Source: a virus
Lineage: Duplodnaviria > Heunggongvirae > Uroviricota > Caudoviricetes
Reading direction: 5' to 3' (one strand)
Length of the DNA stretch: 64,000 nucleotides
Virus record (IMG/VR): IMGVR_UViG_3300030035_000024
Shown: piece by piece, positions 18,389 through 27,737 of the stretch
Layout of the letters: each line of letters starts with the position of its first letter
How positions within the stretch are numbered: the first letter of the stretch is position 1
Made by a program: the position numbers and the translations under genes
Notes under the pieces: generated by a model
What the model was told of the DNA's origin: nothing
The model's input: only the letters and a program-made list of their open reading frames with translations
Databases searched by the model: none

Positions 18389-20689
18389 TTAGTTGATTGT
18401 ACCACTAATTGTGTTAATGTTTTTTGGTGCATACAATAGCTCTGTACTATCATCTGTCAGTATTTGTGAGATATACGAGTTTATTGACGTTATAGCCCAC
18501 TGATTTGTTCTCACTCCATTAGGCTGTGTAAATAGCTTAACCTTGCCAATATAAGAATTGTCTATCAAAACACTGGACTTTTTACCATTTCCAGTATATT
18601 GAGAAAGTCCAATTGAAAAAGCATTTTCACGGTTATTAAATATGCAATTGATAAAGGCAAGTCTTGATATATTAAAATCTCTGCCATGTACATAGAATGT
18701 ATAGTCTGATGGTGTTTCGTTTTCAAATTCGCAATTTACAAATTCAACAATTTGCCCTTTTGAAAAGCCACATCCAATAGTGTTAGCGTTTACTGTTGGA
18801 TAATCGTATCCTGTGTAAGAAAATTTGCAATTGTTGTAAATATGCTTTGTATTAAACCATAAAAAGCTGTCTAAACTTTCTTCGTGTAAAACATATCTGC
18901 AATTCTTTCCAATACATTCTAAATCATTTATTTCTACATTTCCTTTAACATTAAGGCATGAATATGTATTACATACTTCGGGTTTTTCATTAAGAACCTC
19001 ACTTGGAATATTTAAGGTAATTTTTGCATTATTGCCATATATAATAACATCATGCAAGAAACTATCTATACTGAATTTTATATCATTAGCTATGTCTTTT
19101 TCAAATAACCCGCTATACAGATGATATTCTTTTGGATTTAAATACACTCTTGTAAATGGTGTTGGGCTTTTCATAAATTCATATAACTCGTTGCTTGAAT
19201 CGATGTGAACGTCAGAATAGCAATCTACTTTTCTTTTTATTGAAAAATAATATTTTTCATTATTATATGTTCTTGGAAAAGCTATAAAACGAATAAATAT
19301 ATTTTCTGCATTACTTGGAATAGTAATAAGTTGATTATCAACTTTCTGTGCATTAATTAAAGCATTGTCAGTACCATTATTAAATATCTGCAAATAAACA
19401 TTTTCGATTCCGTTCATAGGTTTAAAATCTATAACATATTCACCATCATTTTTAAGTAAACTATACTCGTTTGAAGAATAAAGTAAAAATGTAGAGTTTT
19501 CTGTTGGTGTGCCATTAAAAGTTACAACATTATTGGCAAAGCTTAATGACAAGCCATTTGCTTCAAAGTCTTTTTCAACCATAACAGATGTTATGTCAAT
19601 CAAGTTAGATAAATCAGATAATACAAGACTTTCATAATACTTCTCAACGCTAACACTGCCCTTATTTGCCACAGAGTTACATATAGCAAAATAATTTGCT
19701 TCACTGGGAATTTCTAATGTAACATCAACCGTCTCAATTTCAGCTTCCGCTAATGTAACACTTGATACTTTGCTATCCAGACTAAATTCATCATAAGTAT
19801 AAAATACTATATGTGTATAATAAGATTGTTCTGACAAGTTATTAAACAACCCTTTTACTCTTATATACTTGCAACCATTAACATCAATCATATTAGATGT
19901 TGCCCAAGATTCATTATTTTCTTTTCCACCATCTTTTTTTAGTAACGCCCCGTCTGTCATGTTAAGTTGTGCAATTACCGACGATGTTCTGTAAACTATA
20001 TCTTCCTTTAGCGAACCAATAGCTTCTCCCGTTGCTTTTGCTTCTGCAAGCCCACCTTCTATAGTCAATGTAGTGTCTGGCTGTGATACACTCTGGATGT
20101 CCTTAATAGCTTGTTCTTTTGCGGAATTTACATTTTGAACAGCTTCCGCAGATGTGTTTTTAGTAAGCTCCAAAAGCTGATTTATAACATCTTTTTCTTC
20201 CTGTCCTATCTGTGGTTGATCAATCTCGATACCCTCTAGCACTGGTACTTCCGCTATTGCGGTATTCCATTCAACACTAATATTTGAATCGGAATCCGTT
20301 TTAACAGCGCAAACAATAAAACGTACCGTTCCCATATACCTTGCTGCATTTCTTCCAATCAACCAAGAAAAAGTTACATTTTCGCCATCTACAGCTACAT
20401 CATCACAAATGTATTGGTCTTTGATAGAAACATTAAAATCCACACTGCTTACGTTTTCAAAGTTAATTCTGACTGAAAATTTGGATAAATCAAGATTATC
20501 TCCTACAATTTTGGGACATGAAAATTTAATACGTTCTGCATTCTTGTCAGATTGCACCCCACCAACTACGATTGTAGAGGGCACGAAAATAGTCCTTGTC
20601 TTAGCATCAATCGTGCATATATCGGATTCTTCAGAAAGCAAATTAACATCTTCTTTTGCGCTCATAAGTAAATCAAGTGCTGTTGCCAT
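18389..20689 (-). CDS. Large beta-helix protein, putative tail fiber or tailspike (766 aa)
   Basis: Asn/Ser/Ile-rich repeats typical of a right-handed beta-helix (...VNCEFENETPSDYTFYVHGRDFNISRLAFINCIFNNRENAFSIGL...). Confidence 0.5.
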   Translation of the reverse strand: MATALDLLMSAKEDVNLLSEESDICTIDAKTRTIFVPSTIVVGGVQSDKNAERIKFSCPKIVGDNLDLSKFSVRINFENVSSVDFNVSIKDQYICDDVAVDGENVTFSWLIGRNAARYMGTVRFIVCAVKTDSDSNISVEWNTAIAEVPVLEGIEIDQPQIGQEEKDVINQLLELTKNTSAEAVQNVNSAKEQAIKDIQSVSQPDTTLTIEGGLAEAKATGEAIGSLKEDIVYRTSSVIAQLNMTDGALLKKDGGKENNESWATSNMIDVNGCKYIRVKGLFNNLSEQSYYTHIVFYTYDEFSLDSKVSSVTLAEAEIETVDVTLEIPSEANYFAICNSVANKGSVSVEKYYESLVLSDLSNLIDITSVMVEKDFEANGLSLSFANNVVTFNGTPTENSTFLLYSSNEYSLLKNDGEYVIDFKPMNGIENVYLQIFNNGTDNALINAQKVDNQLITIPSNAENIFIRFIAFPRTYNNEKYYFSIKRKVDCYSDVHIDSSNELYEFMKSPTPFTRVYLNPKEYHLYSGLFEKDIANDIKFSIDSFLHDVIIYGNNAKITLNIPSEVLNEKPEVCNTYSCLNVKGNVEINDLECIGKNCRYVLHEESLDSFLWFNTKHIYNNCKFSYTGYDYPTVNANTIGCGFSKGQIVEFVNCEFENETPSDYTFYVHGRDFNISRLAFINCIFNNRENAFSIGLSQYTGNGKKSSVLIDNSYIGKVKLFTQPNGVRTNQWAITSINSYISQILTDDSTELLYAPKNINTISGTIN

Positions 20690-20692
20690 GTT

Positions 20693-21010
20693 CTACCCCC
20701 TCTGTGATACTTTGGTTTTACCAGTAGTTATAATGTATTTTCCGTTATCTTTCACTCCGGTAACAGATACAGAAAAATAATCCCAAGTAAGGGCTTCTGG
20801 CGGAATTTCACATTGATTGTTTTTCAGTATTACTGGGTATTCTCTTTCCATTCTCCAAAATGAAGCAGCTGTTTTACATCCGTTCCACTCTGGTGAAAAG
20901 ATAAACAATGCTTTAAGATATCCAGTCGTGCCCTTTACCAGTCCAGAGAAATCACACTTGGGATCTGGATAAATTCTTTGATTATTTACAATAAATCTTA
21001 ATACTCTCAT
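20693..21010 (-). CDS. Hypothetical protein (about 105 aa)
   Basis: Start at MRVLRFIV, in an ATGA overlap with the upstream gene's stop. Confidence 0.35.
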   Translation of the reverse strand: MRVLRFIVNNQRIYPDPKCDFSGLVKGTTGYLKALFIFSPEWNGCKTAASFWRMEREYPVILKNNQCEIPPEALTWDYFSVSVTGVKDNGKYIITTGKTKVSQRG

Positions 21011-21393
21011 GCAGTCATCCTTTCTGCTCCAACAGGGGCTACATATGTGAATTGGTTTCCCAAAATATCTCTGGCTGTGCCAATCACGAAATGGCTGTAG
21101 TCTGCCAGAATATTGCATATAAATTCCTCTGCGTCAACCCAATATCGTTTCTTGACCATGCGGTGGAGCTCTGGTAATAGACCATAGCTGAACATTACAC
21201 AATGTCCTAACTCATGGATAAATACACGGTTTAGAAGTTCTCCATGTAGGTTGTTCGCAATCGAAATTGTCATTGTGGAGTAATCAGATACAGCAAGTGT
21301 TCTATTTCCAGTGCGGTCAATTAATACGTTATCGTGTGGGGATACAAACTGTACTCTCCATAGGTCACCGTTCATGTAAAATTGCCTTAGCAT
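21007..21393 (-). CDS. HExxH metallopeptidase-like protein (ImmA/IrrE- or SprT-like), 128 aa
   Basis: Motif FIHELGHCVMF, an HExxH with downstream E. Confidence 0.45.
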   Translation of the reverse strand: MLRQFYMNGDLWRVQFVSPHDNVLIDRTGNRTLAVSDYSTMTISIANNLHGELLNRVFIHELGHCVMFSYGLLPELHRMVKKRYWVDAEEFICNILADYSHFVIGTARDILGNQFTYVAPVGAERMTA

Positions 21394-21468
21394 GGCTTAT
21401 CACCATCCTTTTCTCAACTAAAAAGCCCCTGTCGCACTACTGCAACAAGGGCTTAATCAATATTGTAA

Positions 21469-22095
21469 TCATGTCATCTGCTGAACCAAACGGCTCAGGT
21501 CAGTTTTCATCTGCTGTCTGAGCGTTGCATCTGCATCAGACCACATTTCCGTGAGATTACGGATAATGTCAGATGTGTACTCCTTCATGGAATCATCCAT
21601 TTTTCTTTTGGATTCTGTGTCTTTGGAATCATGATAGTGCCTACGATTCTCATCATATCTATCATAGGATTCGCCATATCTGGATTTCTTCCGATTCATG
21701 TCACCCATTTCCATATCACTACGGTCTGGATGATAACCCATTCGGTACATGTTGCGCTCAAATTCTGGATTGTTTAAATACTCATCCATCCAGTCATCAT
21801 CCTGCATATACAGATATGGTCTATAGCCTTTTCTGGTTCCCCTACCTTTTGGAGCGAAACGCCCATTAGAATAGCGGTAACGGTCATATCCCATGCGTCC
21901 AAGATACTTTTCTTCCTGTTCGCATTCGTCCATAGCTTCTACGATTCTGTAATCTTTATCTGCACAAATCGCGCACTTTACGGATTCCATGCAGTCTTTC
22001 AGATCGTCCCAGTCTTGAGCACTGAGATTATCAAAGCCATGTGTCTTGGCTTTTTCCATAGCCCATTTTCCCATTTCCATTGCAACTTTATGCAT
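21469..22095 (-). CDS. Low-complexity Tyr/Arg/Asp/Met-rich protein (208 aa), reminiscent of spore-coat proteins
   Basis: Segment GYDRYRYSNGRFAPKGRGTRKGYRPYLYMQDDDWMDEY...YDRYDENRRHYHD. Confidence 0.4.
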   Translation of the reverse strand: MHKVAMEMGKWAMEKAKTHGFDNLSAQDWDDLKDCMESVKCAICADKDYRIVEAMDECEQEEKYLGRMGYDRYRYSNGRFAPKGRGTRKGYRPYLYMQDDDWMDEYLNNPEFERNMYRMGYHPDRSDMEMGDMNRKKSRYGESYDRYDENRRHYHDSKDTESKRKMDDSMKEYTSDIIRNLTEMWSDADATLRQQMKTDLSRLVQQMT

Positions 22096-22520
22096 TACAG
22101 TGCCCCCTTTCTAACAGCCTGCGTAACAGGTGTATCTGCTGCTGGGGCTGTACCATTGATTGCAGTCAGATTATTGTTCGGACTACATGCCGGATTTCCT
22201 AACATTTTGAACGCTCCACCAGTAGCACTTGTTGTAACTCTGGTTGCATATTTTGTTCTGGTTCTTACGCCACATGCTGTTACCTGTGCACAGCAACGAT
22301 TCTCTAGCGGATACAATGTTGTTCCTGTTCCTATCTGAATCATAACTGGGGCAGTAATTGTGGTTGCATTTGGAATAGACTGTGCTAAAACAATGCAGTA
22401 TTTTTCTCCATTGTTGTAGCTTCCTTCCGGGATAGTAACCACAAGATTTCCACCTGTGAATGCAATTGCAGTAGACAGCACAAGGTGATTGCAAAGCTTA
22501 CAAACATTCTTACATGCCAT
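22095..22520 (-). CDS. Cys-containing Thr/Ala/Gly-rich protein (141 aa)
   Basis: MACKNVCKLCNHL...; paired cysteines CC, C..C. Confidence 0.35.
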   Translation of the reverse strand: MACKNVCKLCNHLVLSTAIAFTGGNLVVTIPEGSYNNGEKYCIVLAQSIPNATTITAPVMIQIGTGTTLYPLENRCCAQVTACGVRTRTKYATRVTTSATGGAFKMLGNPACSPNNNLTAINGTAPAADTPVTQAVRKGAL

Positions 22521-22598
22521 ATTTTTTACCTCTCAATCAATAAGAGGTGAGCCGCAACCCACCTCTTAGAATTTAGTCAACCTCTAAGGGTGAGTTAC

Positions 22599-23390
22599 TT
22601 AGCAACAACCGTTACCATATGTATTGCATCCTGCGTATGCATATGGAGCCGGAACCTGGAATGCAGGAATCGGAGCAGGATTGATTGCATTGATTAACTG
22701 CTGTGTCTGAGAAGCCATTGCAGTTGTAAGCAATGCAGACTGGCGATCCTGGGAAGCAGCACGTTTCAGATCAGAATTCTCTGCCTGTAATGTTGCAATC
22801 TTATCCTGAGTTAAGAAATCTAACAGCGCTCTCGTGTTGCTGTTCTGATTTTCCAGAAGGTCTCTGGTGTTGTTGTTCATTGTGTTCTGGAGAGCACAAG
22901 TGTTGGTAGCAAGGTTATAATTGATGCCTTGGATTGCTTCTCTTGTTTCGCAGCAACAGTTTGCTAACTGAGATTGTAATGCGTTGGTATTCTGCATACC
23001 GGCTACAGTATCAGCATTGATTGCCTGCTGAACGCCGTTGAAGCCTTGAAGCATTCCGACATTCATACCATTAAAGCCACTCTGCATGGTATTGTTAAGA
23101 GAATATGTGCTGTCACAGATACCCTGCTGAATACCTCTGATACCATTCTGAATATCATTAAGGGCGAATTCCTCATTAATATCTGAACGGGTAGCCCATC
23201 CTTGGAAGCCGGAACCATTTGTACCATTGCCACCCCAGCCACCAAAGCCGCCGAAACCGCCCCAGCCAAAGATAAGCAATATTATAATCCACCATGCCCA
23301 GCCACCGCCAAAGCCATAGCCTTCATCTGCACGGTTATTAGAGCCGCTTAATACAGCGACATCGCTTGCTGATAATCCACCATTCATCAT
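22599..23390 (-). CDS. Gly/Trp/Asn-rich membrane-anchored protein with coiled coil and Cys-rich C-terminus (263 aa)
   Basis: GGGWAWWIIILLIFGWGGFGGFGGWGGNG transmembrane/Gly-rich segment; Asn/Gln-rich heptads; C-terminus YAYAGCNTYGNGCC. Confidence 0.4.
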   Translation of the reverse strand: MMNGGLSASDVAVLSGSNNRADEGYGFGGGWAWWIIILLIFGWGGFGGFGGWGGNGTNGSGFQGWATRSDINEEFALNDIQNGIRGIQQGICDSTYSLNNTMQSGFNGMNVGMLQGFNGVQQAINADTVAGMQNTNALQSQLANCCCETREAIQGINYNLATNTCALQNTMNNNTRDLLENQNSNTRALLDFLTQDKIATLQAENSDLKRAASQDRQSALLTTAMASQTQQLINAINPAPIPAFQVPAPYAYAGCNTYGNGCC

Positions 23391-23467
23391 AGCGATTACC
23401 TCCTTATTGATTTTTGTAATTTATACAAAATCAAAAGACCGCGGCTCTTTTAATTATTGTAGCGAAT

Positions 23468-23707
23468 TTATTTTATTCCAAACTGGTTCTTAACCTGCGA
23501 CAGTATATCGTCTGGATTAATATTTCTTTCTTTACAAAGATTTCTTGCAAGTTTTTCAATTCCTGCATTATCACCTTTTTCCATCATGTTAATTGCATTG
23601 TCAATTACAGGATTATTTCCAGACTGTTGTTTCATCATATTGATTATGGCTTGTTGAGGATTCCCTCCACCACGTATCATCTGCATAAGTTGCATTGGAT
23701 TCATCAT
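23468..23707 (-). CDS. Small Gln/Asn/Met-rich protein (79 aa)
   Basis: MMNPMQLMQMIRGGGNPQQAIINMMKQQSGNNP... Confidence 0.3.
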   Translation of the reverse strand: MMNPMQLMQMIRGGGNPQQAIINMMKQQSGNNPVIDNAINMMEKGDNAGIEKLARNLCKERNINPDDILSQVKNQFGIK

Positions 23708-24201
23708 CTCTGTTTACCTCCATTCTGCTTGGGTTCCGGTGTTACCGACATTTGTGTCGGGAACATACTCTTTATTTCGGAAATCTCAGAACAAACATCG
23801 TTCCGAAGTTGATTAAACATAGCTTCTATGTCAATCGGTTTTTCTTCTGCCTTTGGTTGCTGTTGTTCTTCCGGATTTATAAGTCGATAAACAAAAATTC
23901 TACTTCTTCCATCTGCCTGTAATTGTTTTCTATATATTTCTGTTCCATCTGTTTTTGGATAATAAACAGGATTACCGGACATATCTACATCTTTTGCCTT
24001 TACAGTATCAATGCCATCAACCATCTGTCCTTGCAACATGGGGATTTGTGGTACTTGTGGCATTTGTTGTATTGGTTGCTGAATCTGTGCCTGTCCGTAT
24101 GGCATTGCCTGCTGATAACTATTCTGCAATTGTGCTAATCTATCTTGATACGGTTGTATTTGTTGAAATGGTTGTGCAAAATACGGATTACCATACTGCA
24201 T
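23704..24201 (-). CDS. Gln/Pro-rich low-complexity protein (165 aa)
   Basis: N-terminus MQYGNPYFAQPFQQIQPYQ...QIQQPIQQMPQVPQIPMLQGQ. Confidence 0.4.
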   Translation of the reverse strand: MQYGNPYFAQPFQQIQPYQDRLAQLQNSYQQAMPYGQAQIQQPIQQMPQVPQIPMLQGQMVDGIDTVKAKDVDMSGNPVYYPKTDGTEIYRKQLQADGRSRIFVYRLINPEEQQQPKAEEKPIDIEAMFNQLRNDVCSEISEIKSMFPTQMSVTPEPKQNGGKQR

Positions 24202-24291
24202 ATCTCAAACCTCCCTTGTTTTTATAACTATATTTTACAATAATAAGAGGTTAATTAACACGCCATGATAACGCCATAAATACGCCATTTT

Positions 24292-24531
24292 CTATGAATA
24301 CAAAGAAAAGCCCCGACAATACATCGGGGCAACTTTCACAATTTTCTTCTTTAATTTTCTGTTTATGCGGTCTACGGTTCTTGTGCTGTAGCCCATAATT
24401 TCTGAAGCTTCTGCAAGCGTTTTTTCTTCATAAACACGCAATCGGAATAACTCCTTTTCTCTGGAATCAAATCCAGCTTCACGCAAATAGAAGATTCTTT
24501 CATCTTCTGAAAAGTCTTTATAATCATCCAT
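24292..24531 (-). CDS. Sigma-70 region-4-like HTH protein (79 aa)
   Basis: LAEASEIMGYSTRTVDRINRKLKKKI, an r4-type HTH. Too short for a complete sigma factor. Confidence 0.4.
   Translation of the reverse strand: MDDYKDFSEDERIFYLREAGFDSREKELFRLRVYEEKTLAEASEIMGYSTRTVDRINRKLKKKIVKVAPMYCRGFSLYS
24305..24335 (-). terminator. Rho-independent terminator overlapping the last codons of the sigma-r4-like gene
   Basis: Minus strand GCCCCGATGTATTGTCGGGGC followed by TTTTCTTTGT. Confidence 0.45.
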
Positions 24532-24563
24532 TCCACTGTCCTCCCTGTTAGTGGAATCAATAT

Positions 24564-24875
24564 TTACACCGGGAAAATGCCTTTTATGGCAAAGCCTAAA
24601 ACAATACCAATTATGCCAGTTATGACATAAGCAATTATTTTGTCCTGTAACTTTCCTGGCTTTTCCATGAGTGATTTTAAATTGTCGTTCATTTCGTCAA
24701 CTGTATCTTTGATGTGTCCCAGGTCATTGTTGTATAAAGCAATTTTCTGTTCCAGCGCATTGATACGTTCAAAAAAAACTCCATCCCTTTTGGAATGCTT
24801 TTCTTTCATCTCATGGACGGCACTTTCCAATTCTTTTAAGCGGTGTTCGTTGACGCACTCGTGTTCACATCCCAT
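24564..24875 (-). CDS. XhlA-like protein (coiled coil plus C-terminal TM; PBSX haemolysin/lysis-associated family), 103 aa
   Basis: HRLKELESAVHEMKEKHSKRDGVF...ALEQKIALYNNDLGHIK coiled coil, then TM IIAYVITGIIGIVLGFAI. Confidence 0.45.
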   Translation of the reverse strand: MGCEHECVNEHRLKELESAVHEMKEKHSKRDGVFFERINALEQKIALYNNDLGHIKDTVDEMNDNLKSLMEKPGKLQDKIIAYVITGIIGIVLGFAIKGIFPV

Positions 24876-24982
24876 CGCTATTCCTTTCCATCACTCCCAT
24901 TTTTAAGATATTGCTTCTACCCACCTAATTTGAAGCACCCCTGCGATACGTGGGAGGATTGACGTATCACGCACACACCATC

Positions 24983-25303
24983 TTAGAATCCGATAAATGG
25001 AAAAACTCCATGATTTACATAGATTTCAGTTTCGGAATCCCAGCTTCTATTCACAGAGGATTCGGAATGTGATCCTTGAAACTCAGCTCCCTGCTTTACT
25101 AGAAAGAAAAGAGCCAAATCAAATATGCAGTCATAGCATTTCTCCATATCGGAATTTATTTTCTCATCACTGTAAGATGAAGGATAATTCCTTTTCTTCT
25201 TAAATGAACGAATAGCCCTCTTTGCTGAAAGAGGAATCATCCTCGCAGTTTCTTCATCATCTTCAAGATAATTTGTCAAGTCCTCTATAAGCTGTTCGTC
25301 CAT
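24983..25303 (-). CDS. Head-tail connector / DNA-packaging protein, gp6-like (106 aa)
   Basis: MDEQLIEDLTNYLEDDEETARMIPLSAKRAI..., an acidic N-terminus typical of gp6-like connectors. Directly downstream of the capsid gene. Confidence 0.45.
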   Translation of the reverse strand: MDEQLIEDLTNYLEDDEETARMIPLSAKRAIRSFKKKRNYPSSYSDEKINSDMEKCYDCIFDLALFFLVKQGAEFQGSHSESSVNRSWDSETEIYVNHGVFPFIGF

Positions 25304-25311
25304 TTAATCAC

Positions 25312-25500
25312 CTACCTTTGCTGAGATAAAATCTCTGATATTATTCCAGCCTTATTAGTTGCTGTCAGGGCATAGCCGTTATCACTTGCGAGTTGTCTTA
25401 ACTGAGATACAGTCATATTAGACAACTCGCTTTCTGTATACTTATGTATTGATTCATTGTAAGCACTTGCTACAGATGGTGACTGGCTGCTTTCATCGAG
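25312..25500 (-). CDS. Small protein with HeH/Rho-N-like motif (boundaries uncertain)
   Basis: C-terminus SELSNMTVSQLRQLASDNGYALTATNKAGIISEILSQQR. The ORF-track version overlaps the capsid gene, so the true start must be downstream of 25512. Confidence 0.25.
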   Translation of the reverse strand, partial: LDESSQSPSVASAYNESIHKYTESELSNMTVSQLRQLASDNGYALTATNKAGIISEILSQQR

Positions 25501-25511
25501 ACTATGCCCGG

Positions 25512-26549
25512 TTATTCCCCCGCCTTGGTACCGATCACGATACCGCCGTTGGCTTTGGGTACAACCGGGACGAACATACCGGATGCTTTTGTCCATACTG
25601 CAACTGGATCCTGTGTAGCCCACATGGAAAGAGTAACAAAGGAACGATTCTCTTCCTGAATGAACTGTCTGTATTCAAGTTCCTCAGGTGTCACACCCCA
25701 GAGACCAACACCGAAAGAACCGTTAGCATCTGCTTCATACAGAGTAAATACATCCTCTTTAAGGTATCTGGCTGTTTTCAGGGTTCCATCTGCTTTTCTG
25801 AAATTAAAGTTCTCATCACAACGATCAATTGTGATTTCATATTCCTGCATAAGCAGATTGGCAAGCTCCTGCTTTGTGAGAAGCCTTTTATTTGCAGCAC
25901 CCAGAACAGCTGTCTGCATTGCAGTGTTGTTCCGCATGTAGTTAATCATTTTAAGAGAAGTAACAGCTTTGTTCACTACATAGCCATTGCCTTCTGCCAC
26001 AGCTACCATTTTCTGGATATCGCCCATGATATCTGCATCTGGCTTAGACCAATCAGTAAGCGTTACTTTTGCACTTGCTGGAACGCCATAGTCAATTCCC
26101 ATGTCAACATGGTTCTCTTTGATTGTTACAGCGCCGGTGGAAAGGAACTGTCCTTTCATAACATTTGCTCTTGTAACAACGCCCTCGAACAGTCTGGCTG
26201 CATCATCAAATACAAAGTTTTTCAGTGCTTCATTATCCGGCACACCGTTTTCAATTGCCTGCCGTAAGTTTTCGGACTGATTGATTTTTCTCTTAATGAA
26301 GAGTTTTTCAGTCAGGACTTTTTCAAATCCAGGTCTTGTGCCGATTTCTGCTTCGCTATCAAGAGCGTGGACGAATGCAACTTCCGGGAGATTCTGTCCA
26401 GCCATAAGTCTGTAATACTCTGCTTTCAGATACTGGGTTTTTGTATCTGGGAAAATGGTATCGAGGATACCTGGTCTTTTAACGCTGAAATTCTGAGAGA
26501 AATTAAGTCTTTCTTCTTGGGTAATTGATTCCAAAATATTAAATGGCAT
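25512..26549 (-). CDS. Major capsid protein (345 aa)
   Basis: Size, and position after the scaffold and portal. Composition typical of HK97-fold major capsid proteins of the gpE-like type. Confidence 0.7.
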   Translation of the reverse strand: MPFNILESITQEERLNFSQNFSVKRPGILDTIFPDTKTQYLKAEYYRLMAGQNLPEVAFVHALDSEAEIGTRPGFEKVLTEKLFIKRKINQSENLRQAIENGVPDNEALKNFVFDDAARLFEGVVTRANVMKGQFLSTGAVTIKENHVDMGIDYGVPASAKVTLTDWSKPDADIMGDIQKMVAVAEGNGYVVNKAVTSLKMINYMRNNTAMQTAVLGAANKRLLTKQELANLLMQEYEITIDRCDENFNFRKADGTLKTARYLKEDVFTLYEADANGSFGVGLWGVTPEELEYRQFIQEENRSFVTLSMWATQDPVAVWTKASGMFVPVVPKANGGIVIGTKAGE

Positions 26550-26562
26550 TTGTCATACCTCC

Positions 26563-26907
26563 TTAAAATACTGGGTCTTCTGTGACTACAAAAACAATTC
26601 CGGATTTTTCAAGCTCTGTTTTTGCAGTAGTGTCAACTGTTACTGGAAGTCTTTTTTCGAGAACACGGCCTGCGACGATCACGGAAATTGGCCTCTTTGT
26701 ATCATCTGTCATATCAACATCTTCAAATACAATGCCGATTGCGCCTGTCGCATTTGTTGGATATACGGAACCTGCTTTAATAATTTTCTTAGTTCCAACT
26801 GTTTCAGCATTTGTTTGATCTGCTGTGTAGGTTTTAAGTACAAGTCCGACCTCGGATTCAAGAATATTTGGAGTGGACTCATACTGCTCTGTTTTCATAA
26901 AAGCCAT
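26563..26907 (-). CDS. Head accessory/decoration-like protein (114 aa)
   Basis: Position between the scaffold and capsid genes; beta-rich. Confidence 0.35.
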   Translation of the reverse strand: MAFMKTEQYESTPNILESEVGLVLKTYTADQTNAETVGTKKIIKAGSVYPTNATGAIGIVFEDVDMTDDTKRPISVIVAGRVLEKRLPVTVDTTAKTELEKSGIVFVVTEDPVF

Positions 26908-26924
26908 TTTTATATCTCCTTTAC

Positions 26925-27572
26925 TTAAATATTTACAGGGGCGTTACCGTCCACTGATTTAGTTTCCTGGTTCTTTTTTGCTGAGTAAGCTTTTGCAAAT
27001 TCAGCAGCATCACTTTTTACTGTAGGTTTGCCGCCGCTACCGCCTCCTGGATTAGGAGTATTTTCCAATGCTTCTTTCTCCCAAGCTGCTTTTGCGGTAT
27101 CAAGTGCTGTTTTATTTGCTTCGGAAACTCCCTTAACAAAAGTTTCGACTTCTTTCATTGCATCTTCTGGTTTCTCATACGGTGCAGATGCGTATGCTTT
27201 AATAGCACTCGCGTATGTTTCGGTTGAAAGTCCTGCATTTGCGAACATAGAAGTAATTTCACTGGTAAGGGCTTTTTTGTTGGATTCTGCAAGCGCAGCT
27301 TTCAAATCAGCTAACTCCTTATCCACTGCTTCCTTTTCTTTCTTGCGTTCAGCTTCTAGCCGTTCTGCTTCGGTCATGTTCTGCTTTTTCAACTCTTCCA
27401 ACTCTTTTTCCAGGGAATCTGCTTTTTCAGCTTTTTCCTTCAGAGAAACATTTTTGTCTTTCTCTTTCTTAGTTTCAGCAGAAATAGAATCAAGAAGCTT
27501 AGAAACCTGTTCCTCGGAAGGTTCTGCAACTCCCATACCGATAAGTGCCTGTTTTGCCTGTTCTCTTGTCAT
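26925..27572 (-). CDS. Scaffolding protein (about 215 aa)
   Basis: Highly charged Ala/Glu/Lys coiled coil. Start at MTREQAKQ with RBS AAAGGAG. Confidence 0.55.
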   Translation of the reverse strand: MTREQAKQALIGMGVAEPSEEQVSKLLDSISAETKKEKDKNVSLKEKAEKADSLEKELEELKKQNMTEAERLEAERKKEKEAVDKELADLKAALAESNKKALTSEITSMFANAGLSTETYASAIKAYASAPYEKPEDAMKEVETFVKGVSEANKTALDTAKAAWEKEALENTPNPGGGSGGKPTVKSDAAEFAKAYSAKKNQETKSVDGNAPVNI

Positions 27573-27737
27573 TGAAATCTCCTTTCTTCCAGTCCAATAC
27601 GCTTTTTCAACACGGTTCGCTCCGCACATGGTCTGTACCCGATTTACGCTCACGGGCTGTTGCAATTTATTTGATTTTGGGTATTAAAAAAGAAGCCTTA
27701 GATTTCTCTAAAACTCCTTAAATAATCGAAATTTGGT

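Noticed and set aside
16564-24875. A complete lysis cassette (holin plus endolysin) in the window
   Set aside because: Only a holin-like small membrane protein (16564-16857) and an XhlA-like gene (24564-24875) were found. No amidase, lysozyme or peptidase endolysin domain was recognised. The lysis genes are probably outside the window or unrecognised.
25449-27687. Plus-strand ORFs 25449-26267 (272 aa), 25660-25941 and 27028-27687 (219 aa) antisense to the capsid and scaffold genes
   Set aside because: Fully embedded antisense to well-supported structural genes. Low-complexity Ser/Ala translations typical of the antisense of charged coiled-coil genes.
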